DNA of 32,000 nt from Haloferax volcanii DS2 (lineage in GTDB: Archaea; Halobacteriota; Halobacteria; Halobacteriales; Haloferacaceae), in the NCBI RefSeq assembly GCF_000025685.1, contig NC_013967.1, positions 1,770,001-1,802,000 of the forward strand. The letters run 5' to 3'. The notes under the pieces were generated by a model. It saw only the letters and a program-made list of their open reading frames with translations. It made no database searches and was not told where the DNA came from. The position numbers and the translations under genes were made by a program. Position 1 is the stretch's first letter. Each line of letters opens with the position of its first letter. This document shows, piece by piece, positions 9,807-17,526 of this stretch.

Positions 9807-9865
9807 GCGACGCGCCGTCCCGCCGACACCCCCGCGACCGCCCGCGACCAGCCCCCCAAGCGAAC

Positions 9866-11150
<1,285 letters not shown>

Positions 11151-11432
11151 ACCCCTCTTTGGTCGTTCGGCGGCAAATAGCTAGCTCGAAACGGCTGATT
11201 CGGCGCGCCACGGTCGCGGACGCGGCGCTCCGGGGCAACGAGATTCGGAGCGATAGAACGACGGGTCGTCAGTAGTTGGTGGCTCGGATGAAATCTATCA
11301 TCACAAGGGGCTGAGTGGGGGTAACCTTCGTCATCGCCACCGAATCGGAGTCCGGGTCGGACGTTCAAGAATCCACCCTTTTGCCCCCGCCGGCAGTGGT
11401 CCCGGCGGTTCCCAGAACCCCGCACTCCCGAC

Positions 11433-12674
11433 TCAGTCGTCCCACGCCGCCAGCGCGGCGTGTTCGTCCGCGACCGCGCCGATGTCGCCCGCGTTCAACA
11501 CGCCCGATTCGGTGACGACCCCCGAGAGCGAGTCGGCGGGAACGACCTCGAAAAGCGGGTTCTCGGTTCCTATCGCGGCCTCGCCGTCGTACAGCGCGCC
11601 CGCGTCTTCACCGGCGAAGCGGTCGTCGCCGCGCACCTTGTCGCGGGCGCAGACGGCGAACACGGGCACGTCGGCGCGGGCGGCCGCGAGCGCGGCGGGG
11701 AGGCTTCCGACCTTGTTGACGACGCCGCCGGACGCGAGCACCGAGTCGGCTCCGAGTAAGACGGCGTCGGCCCCGCCGGCCGCGACGAGTCCGGGGAGCG
11801 CCGCGTCGGTGGTTAGCGTCACGTCCCGCCCGTCGCGGGCGAGCCGTTCCGCGACGCCGACGCCCTCGCCGCCGGGTCGGGATTCGGAGACGAGGACGGC
11901 GACTGCGGCGGCCTCGGCGGCTTCGAGCGCCGCGAGGACGGTCCCCGACCGCGAAAGCGTGGCGAGTCGGTCGACCCCGCGCTCTCTGATGAGTTCGGCC
12001 GCGCGGGCGGCCGCCGCGTCGTCGGCTTCGGCGGCGGCGTCGATGGCCGCCTCGGCGCGGCGGCGAACCGATTCGGGGTCGGAATCCGATTCCGCCATGA
12101 CGCGGTTGACGCGATTCTCGACGGCGGCCATGTTCGGGCGGGCGTCGCGGAGTCGCCGGGCGACCGATGCGACCGCCTCCAACGAGTCCGCCTCGGCGGC
12201 GGCGTCGCGCAGGACCTCCAGCGCCCGGAGCGAAATCCACGTCGACCCGTGGGTCTCGTCGTCGGCGACGGTCTCGACCGCGGGCGCGACCCGGCGGTAG
12301 GTCGCCCACAGTCCGGGGACCGCCTCGCGCTCCCGAATCGCGGTCGGGTGGACCCACTCGACCGCGGCGAGTTCCTCGTCGGTGTCGATATCGCGGCTCC
12401 GCGCGTCGAACAGAAACGGGTGGACGGTCCACTCGCGGCCCTCGTCGGTGACCGTGAGGGGTTCCCCAGCACGGACGAGTTCGGCGTCGGTCTCGCGGAC
12501 GCCGACCTCCTCGGCGAGTTCGCGCCGGGCGTCGCGCTCGGCGTCGGCGGGGTCGCCCTCGACGTAGCCGGAGACGCCGGCCCAGCGGCCCTGATACGTT
12601 CCGACGGCATCGCTCCGACGGGTGAGGAGGACGCGGCCGTCGTGTCGAAGGAAGACGGTGGCGACGTGTGGCAT
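11433..12674 (-). CDS. Fusion protein: N-terminal NUDIX hydrolase domain plus C-terminal eIF-2B alpha/beta/delta-family (ribose-1,5-bisphosphate-isomerase-like) domain
   Basis: I prefer the ATG at 12674 (MPHVATVFLRHDG) over the track's TTG at 12701. There is a Nudix-box-like RELAEEVGV. The IF-2B family signatures follow: LSRSGTVLAAL, VLVSESRPGGEG, LLGADSVLASGGVVNKVGS and PVFAVCARDK. Confidence 0.85.
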   Translation of the reverse strand: MPHVATVFLRHDGRVLLTRRSDAVGTYQGRWAGVSGYVEGDPADAERDARRELAEEVGVRETDAELVRAGEPLTVTDEGREWTVHPFLFDARSRDIDTDEELAAVEWVHPTAIREREAVPGLWATYRRVAPAVETVADDETHGSTWISLRALEVLRDAAAEADSLEAVASVARRLRDARPNMAAVENRVNRVMAESDSDPESVRRRAEAAIDAAAEADDAAAARAAELIRERGVDRLATLSRSGTVLAALEAAEAAAVAVLVSESRPGGEGVGVAERLARDGRDVTLTTDAALPGLVAAGGADAVLLGADSVLASGGVVNKVGSLPAALAAARADVPVFAVCARDKVRGDDRFAGEDAGALYDGEAAIGTENPLFEVVPADSLSGVVTESGVLNAGDIGAVADEHAALAAWDD

Positions 12675-12734
12675 ATCGTGACTTACGGCCGCGACTGACA
12701 AAACGACTATTCAGGCCGGTCGCGTGGTGTCGGT

Positions 12735-13229
12735 ATGCGACTCGCCATCCTGAGCGACACGCACGTTCCGGGGCGGGCCGACGGGATTCCCTCGTGGGTC
12801 GAAGCCACGGTCCGCGAGGCCGACCTCGTGATTCACGCGGGCGACTTCGACTCGCCGGCCACGCTCGACCGCCTCCGCGACCTCTCGGCGCGGTTCGTCG
12901 GCGTCAGCGGGAACGTCGACCCGCCGGGCATCGACCTCCCGTTCGTCGAAATCGTCGAGGTCGACGGGCTCACGTTCGTCGTCACTCACGGCACGGGCAC
13001 GCGAACGGGCTACGAGTCCCGCGTCGCGAAGACGGTCAGAGACGCCGCGGGCACCGACGCGGTCGGCGTCGCGGGCCACATCCACGAGGTGGTCGACGAG
13101 GTAGTCGACGGCGTCCGCGTCCTCAACCCGGGCACCGCGACGGCGGCGAACCCGGGCGACGACGCGACGATGATGGTCGGCACGGTCACCGACGGCTCGG
13201 TGTCGGTCGAGGTCGTCCGCGACGACTGA
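12735..13229 (+). CDS. Metallophosphoesterase, YfcE/MJ0936 family
   Basis: MRLAILSDTHVP, HAGDF, GNVD, VTHG and GHIH are the calcineurin-like phosphoesterase metal-binding motifs in the correct order. Confidence 0.85.
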   Translation: MRLAILSDTHVPGRADGIPSWVEATVREADLVIHAGDFDSPATLDRLRDLSARFVGVSGNVDPPGIDLPFVEIVEVDGLTFVVTHGTGTRTGYESRVAKTVRDAAGTDAVGVAGHIHEVVDEVVDGVRVLNPGTATAANPGDDATMMVGTVTDGSVSVEVVRDD

Positions 13230-13346
13230 GGTCGGCGCGTCGTCGCGCTGTCTCGCAGCTGAGCCGCTTCCGGTCGCCCGCCTGCGATACCGGCCCGGTT
13301 CGCCAGCATCCCGTCGTTTTTCACCGCCCTCGCCCTCCGAAGCGGT

Positions 13347-14102
13347 ATGGAGCTGTTTCCCGTCCCCGACGTGCCCGAGATTCGCGAGGGCGACGACCTC
13401 GCCGCCCTCGTCTCCGAGCGCGTCGACCTCCGGCCCGACGACGTGGTCTGCGTCGCCTCCACCGTCGTCTCGAAGGCCGAAGGGCGGTTCGCGGACCTCG
13501 ACGACTTCCCGGCCGGCCCGCGGGCGCGCGAACTCGCCGCTCGCCTCGCCGAACTGACCGGCGACGAGAAGGACCCGCGGTTCGCGCAGGCGGTCCTCGA
13601 AGAGAGCGTCGACCTCGTCATGTCGGAGCCGTTCCTCCTGACGGAGACGCGGTTCGGCCACGTCGGCGTCAACGCCGGCATCGACCGCTCGAACGTCCCC
13701 GACCACGACCTGCTGTTGCTCCCGAAGCGCCCGAGCGAGTCGGCAGAGCGCATCCGCGCCGGCGTCGACGCCGACCGAGTCGTCGTCACCGACACCTGCG
13801 GCCGGCCGTTCCGACACGGCCAGCGCGGCGTCGCCATCGGCTGGGCGGGCCTGAGCGCCTCGCGCGACTGGCGCGGCGAGGCCGACCGCGACGGCCGCGA
13901 ACTCGGCGTCACCGTCGAGAGCGTCGTGGACGAACTCGCCGCGGCCGCCAACCTCGTGCAGGGCGAGGGCGACGGCGGCACGCCCGTCGTCGTCGTCCGC
14001 GACTTCGAGTGGGGCGACCACGGCGAAAGCGACGCCCACTTCCGCGACATCGACGGCGACTTCGTGCGACAGGCGCTCCGCGAGTGGCGCTACGACCTCT
14101 GA
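13347..14102 (+). CDS. cofE: Coenzyme F420-0:L-glutamate ligase (F420 gamma-glutamyl ligase)
   Basis: PVPDVPEIREGDDLA, VVSKAEGR, VGVNAGIDRSN and DTCGRPFRHGQRGVAIG are the CofE family signatures. Confidence 0.85.
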   Translation: MELFPVPDVPEIREGDDLAALVSERVDLRPDDVVCVASTVVSKAEGRFADLDDFPAGPRARELAARLAELTGDEKDPRFAQAVLEESVDLVMSEPFLLTETRFGHVGVNAGIDRSNVPDHDLLLLPKRPSESAERIRAGVDADRVVVTDTCGRPFRHGQRGVAIGWAGLSASRDWRGEADRDGRELGVTVESVVDELAAAANLVQGEGDGGTPVVVVRDFEWGDHGESDAHFRDIDGDFVRQALREWRYDL

Positions 14103-14124
14103 CGACCCGCTTCACCATTCCACA

Positions 14125-14157
14125 CTCACACCACGCTCACACTACGTTCACACCATG
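14125..14157 (+). repeat. Three tandem 11-nt units (CTCACACCACG / CTCACACTACG / TTCACACCATG) ending in the mer start codon
   Basis: This was read directly from the sequence. The last unit contains the ATG at 14155-14157. A more degenerate copy (TTCACCATTCC) lies at 14111-14121. Confidence 0.8.
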
Positions 14158-15141
14158 CTCGGACTCGAACTCACCCCGGAACATCCCGTCGACGACCTCG
14201 TCGAACTGGGCGCGCAGGCGGAACGCGAGGGCTACGACTCGTGTTTCGTCTCGTGTCACTACAACAACCGCGACCCCTTCGCGGTCCTCGCGCGACTCGC
14301 GGCCGAGACCGACGACATCCGCCTCGGCCCCGGCGTCGCCAACCCCTACGAGCTACACCCCGTGACGCTCGCCGGCAAGGTGGCGACCGTCGCTGAAGCC
14401 TCGGGCGGTCGCGGCCTCCTCGGCATCGGCCCGGGCGACCCCTCGACGCTCCGCAACCTCGGCCTCGAAGACGAGCGCGGCCTCCGCTCCGTGCTGGAGG
14501 CGTTCAAGGTCGCACAGAAGCTCTGGGACGGCGAGCGCGTCAGCCACGACGGCACGTTCGAGGCGACCGACGCCGGCCTCAACTTCGACGTGCCCGGCGA
14601 GGTGCCGGTGTACGTCGGCGGCGAGGGCCCGCACATGTGTCGCATGGCCGGCAAGCACGCCGACGGCCTGCTGTTCAACGGCTCGCACCCCGACGACCTC
14701 GCGTGGGCCCGCGAACAGGTCGATATCGGCGTCGAGGACCGCCCCGACTCCCGCGGCGAGTTCACCCTCGCCGCCTACGCCAGCGTCTCCGTCTCGGAAG
14801 ACGCGGACGCGGCCCGCGAGGCCGCCCGACCGCCTGTCGCCTTCATCGCCGCGGGGGCGGCCCCGCCGGTCCTCGACAGACACGGCATCGACGCCGACCG
14901 CGCGAGCGACATCGGCGAGAAGATTTCCGCCGGCAACTTCTCCGAGGCGTTCGACCTCGTCACGCCGGCGATGATAGACGCCTTCTCGATGGCCGGCACG
15001 CCCGACGACGTTGCCGACCGGATGGACGCGGTGCTCGAACACGCCGACGGCGTCGTGGTCGGGTCGCCGGTCGGTCCCGACCTCGAAGAAGCGATCACTC
15101 TCGCTGCGGCGGCCTACCGCTCGACGAACCGACACCGATGA
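14155..15141 (+). CDS. mer: F420-dependent LLM-class oxidoreductase, 5,10-methylenetetrahydromethanopterin reductase (Mer) homologue
   Basis: MLGLELTPEHPVDDLVELGAQAEREGYDSCFVSCHYNNRDPF ... LGIGPGD ... VYVGGEGPHMCRMAGKHADGLLFNGSHP is the luciferase-like monooxygenase / Mer pattern. It lies next to cofE. Confidence 0.85.
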   Translation: MLGLELTPEHPVDDLVELGAQAEREGYDSCFVSCHYNNRDPFAVLARLAAETDDIRLGPGVANPYELHPVTLAGKVATVAEASGGRGLLGIGPGDPSTLRNLGLEDERGLRSVLEAFKVAQKLWDGERVSHDGTFEATDAGLNFDVPGEVPVYVGGEGPHMCRMAGKHADGLLFNGSHPDDLAWAREQVDIGVEDRPDSRGEFTLAAYASVSVSEDADAAREAARPPVAFIAAGAAPPVLDRHGIDADRASDIGEKISAGNFSEAFDLVTPAMIDAFSMAGTPDDVADRMDAVLEHADGVVVGSPVGPDLEEAITLAAAAYRSTNRHR

Positions 15142-15331
15142 TGCCGAGTTCCGCGCCGAGTGCGCCGAGGGCGACGTAGGCGAACGCGCCGACGGCGAGC
15201 AGGATGAAGACGTTGCCGAAGAGGAAACTCACCGTCGTAAGCGGATCGCTCAGCGCCACGTCGGCGAAGGTCACCACCAGTTCGAGGACGCTCGTGAGGA
15301 GCGCGATGACGAAGTCCGTGAGTGTTGCCAT
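15095..15331 (-). CDS. Small two-TM membrane protein (78 aa), function unknown
   Basis: ATG at 15331. It has two hydrophobic helices (FVIALLTSVLELVVTF; FLFGNVFILLAVGAFAYVALGALGA) and GC3-rich codons. Its 3' end overlaps the mer 3' end convergently by 47 nt. Confidence 0.5.
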   Translation of the reverse strand: MATLTDFVIALLTSVLELVVTFADVALSDPLTTVSFLFGNVFILLAVGAFAYVALGALGAELGIIGVGSSSGRPPQRE

Positions 15332-15484
15332 GCGCGACTCTCGGGAGTCGGGGGTATTGATTGTGTGGGTTTCGCACGGCGCTCACCCGTCCGGTGGAAC
15401 TCGCCTCGCCCCCCGGTTCGCGGCGGTCGTCCACCGCGCCGCTCGGTCGGCACCGATAAGCACCGCGCCCACGGACGCTGAGTC

Positions 15485-15712
15485 ATGCCGAACCGCTCGC
15501 TCGACGACTTCGCCGGCGGCGACGACGGCGCTGCCGACTCACCCGATGCCGGCGACACCAATGCCAGCGACGCCGACGACCGCGACGTGAGCACGCTCGC
15601 CACCTATCGGTGGACACCCGAGGCCGCGGCGTGCCCGCAGTGCGGAGAGTCGGTCCAAAAGCGGTGGCTCGACGGCGACGAGTACGTCTGTCTGGACTGC
15701 AAGGACTGGTAG
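15485..15712 (+). CDS. Small CPxCG-type zinc-finger protein (75 aa) with acidic disordered N-terminus
   Basis: CPQCG ... CLDCKDW at the C-terminus forms a C4 zinc ribbon. This is the haloarchaeal small zinc-finger micro-protein architecture. Confidence 0.7.
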   Translation: MPNRSLDDFAGGDDGAADSPDAGDTNASDADDRDVSTLATYRWTPEAAACPQCGESVQKRWLDGDEYVCLDCKDW

Positions 15713-15759
15713 CGGCCGGCCGCGCAACCCTCGTCACTATCTGGTAACCACTCCTGTCT

Positions 15760-15800
15760 GAGCCACCGCGCCACTTCGTACGACTCAGTCGGGGTGGCTC
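15760..15800. other. 8-bp-stem hairpin (GAGCCACC ... GGTGGCTC) in the convergent gap between the zinc-finger gene and mutL
   Basis: The inverted repeat was read directly. The 25-nt loop contains a nested CGAC/GTCG mini-stem. A 10-bp palindrome, GCAACGTTGC, follows at 15802-15811. It may be a bidirectional terminator structure. Confidence 0.35.
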
Positions 15801-15834
15801 GGCAACGTTGCTCTCGCTGAGGCCTCCCCGAGAC

Positions 15835-17526
15835 CTACCCGAGCCGACCGCTCCGCCGGCCGAATCCGCGGACGAACGTCTCCTCGTCAATAGAGAGGAC
15901 TGTCGGCCGGCCGTGCGGACAGGTGTAGGGCGTCTCGCACGAGCCGAGTCGCTCGACTAACCGCGTGGCCTCGTCGTCGGTGAGGTCGTCGCCGGCTTTG
16001 ATGGACGGGTGGCACGCGAGGTCTTTCAGCAGTTCGTCCCGCGGGTCGGCGTGGTCGCCCGACGCGACGTCGGCCACCACGTCCGCGAGCGCGTCCGGGG
16101 CGAACGGGCGACCGAGCGGTGCCGGGACCGCTTCGACGCGGTACGTTCCGGTTCCGCCCCCCTCGCCGAACTCGACGACGCGGAACCCCAGTTTTTCGAC
16201 GGGGTCGCGGTTCGCGTCGAGGAGCGCCGCGTCGGCCGGCGACAGCGAGACGGTCGCCGGCGGGTCGACGGCGGCCGAGTCGATGCCCGCCGATTCGACC
16301 GCCTCGCGGAGTCGCTCGTAGTTGATGCGCTCGTGGGCCGCGTGCTGGTCGACGACGAGGAGTTCGTCGTCGGCCTCACAGAGCAGGTACAGGCCGCGGA
16401 AGCGCCCGATGACGCGGAGGTCGTCGAACACCGAGGCGGCCTCGACGGGCGCGAGCGAGCTATCGAGGTCCATCGCCACCTCGCCGCTCCGCCGGAGGTC
16501 GGCGGTCGACAGCGCGTCGCGGACGCTCGCCTCGACCGCCTCGGCGACCGCGTCGGCGTCTCTGAAGCCCACCTCGTCCTTCGCCGGATGGACGTTGTGG
16601 TCGACCCACGCGGGCGGCAGGCGGAGTCGGACGACACCGACCGGTTCGCGCCCGTCGGGAAGCAGCGTCCCGTAGCCGTCCGCGACCGCCCGGCGGAGTC
16701 GCGGTTCGGCGAGGGCGCGGCCGTTGACCGAGACGTGGACGTGGTCGCGTCGGGACCGCGTCACCTCGGGATGACAGAGCGCGCCGTCGACTTCGACCGT
16801 GGCCGTCTCGCCCGCGGCCTCGACCTCCCGCGCCGCGTCGAACGTCGAGGCGTGGCTCGCGGCGTCGCGGCCGTACACCGCCAAGAGCGCGTCGGCGAAG
16901 CGGTCGGTGCCGGGCGTCGTGAGCGTCTCGCGGCCGTCGTGTCGCAGGACGAACCGCACGTCCGGCCGCGTGAGCGCGTAGCGCGTGACGACCGCCGAGA
17001 CGCGGGCGAACTCGGCTTTCGACGACGCGAGCGACTTCCTCCGCGCCGGGCGGTCGGCAAACAGGCCGGTCACGTCGACGGTCGTCCCGCGCGCCCGACC
17101 CGCGGGCGAGACGGTCTTGTCGCGCTCGCCACCGGGCGCGTTCTCGCCGCCGTCGACGACGACTCGCGTTCCCCGCGGGCTGCCGTCGTTCGTCGTCAGT
17201 TCGAGGCGGGCGGCGGCCGCGGCGATACTCGGGAGTGCCTCGCCCCGGAAGCCGAGCGTCTCGACGGTTTCGAGGTCGTCGGCCGCCGCAAGCTTGCTCG
17301 TCGTGTGTCGCTCGACCGCGAGCGCGGCGTCGGCCTCGGCCATCCCACGACCGTCGTCTGCGACGCGGATTCGGTCGGTGCCGTCGCCGTCGACGTCGAT
17401 TTCGACGGTCTCCGCGCCGGCGTCGAGCGCGTTTTCAATCAGTTCGACCACGACGCTCGCGGGCCGGGCGACGACCTCGCCGGCGGCGATTTTCGACCGC
17501 GTCTCCGGGTCGAGTCGGTGAATCAT
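15835..17526 (-). CDS. mutL: DNA mismatch repair protein MutL (563 aa)
   Basis: ATG at 17526 (MIHRLDPETRSKIAAGEVVARPASVVVELIENALDAG). It has GHKL ATPase motifs and GFRGEALPSI. The C-terminal dimerisation domain contains QHAAHERINYE and CPHGRPT. The start overlaps the mutS stop in an ATGA. Confidence 0.95.
   Translation of the reverse strand: MIHRLDPETRSKIAAGEVVARPASVVVELIENALDAGAETVEIDVDGDGTDRIRVADDGRGMAEADAALAVERHTTSKLAAADDLETVETLGFRGEALPSIAAAAARLELTTNDGSPRGTRVVVDGGENAPGGERDKTVSPAGRARGTTVDVTGLFADRPARRKSLASSKAEFARVSAVVTRYALTRPDVRFVLRHDGRETLTTPGTDRFADALLAVYGRDAASHASTFDAAREVEAAGETATVEVDGALCHPEVTRSRRDHVHVSVNGRALAEPRLRRAVADGYGTLLPDGREPVGVVRLRLPPAWVDHNVHPAKDEVGFRDADAVAEAVEASVRDALSTADLRRSGEVAMDLDSSLAPVEAASVFDDLRVIGRFRGLYLLCEADDELLVVDQHAAHERINYERLREAVESAGIDSAAVDPPATVSLSPADAALLDANRDPVEKLGFRVVEFGEGGGTGTYRVEAVPAPLGRPFAPDALADVVADVASGDHADPRDELLKDLACHPSIKAGDDLTDDEATRLVERLGSCETPYTCPHGRPTVLSIDEETFVRGFGRRSGRLG

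Noticed and set aside
11317-11388. A 72-nt segment with a 7-bp closing stem looks like a tRNA by length.
   Set aside because: No cloverleaf can be built. There is no GG-containing D-loop, the would-be D-stem pairs only 3 bp, and the candidate T-arm (…GGACGTTCAAGAATCCA…) has no complementary 5-bp stem or TTCRANY loop geometry. The reverse strand fails as well.
12668-14365. A 565-aa plus-strand ORF covers the metallophosphoesterase and cofE region.
   Set aside because: The product is extremely Arg/Pro-rich (RRGRRRGPHPRGGRRGSRRRPRP...). The alternative frames encode proteins with complete metallophosphoesterase and CofE motif sets.
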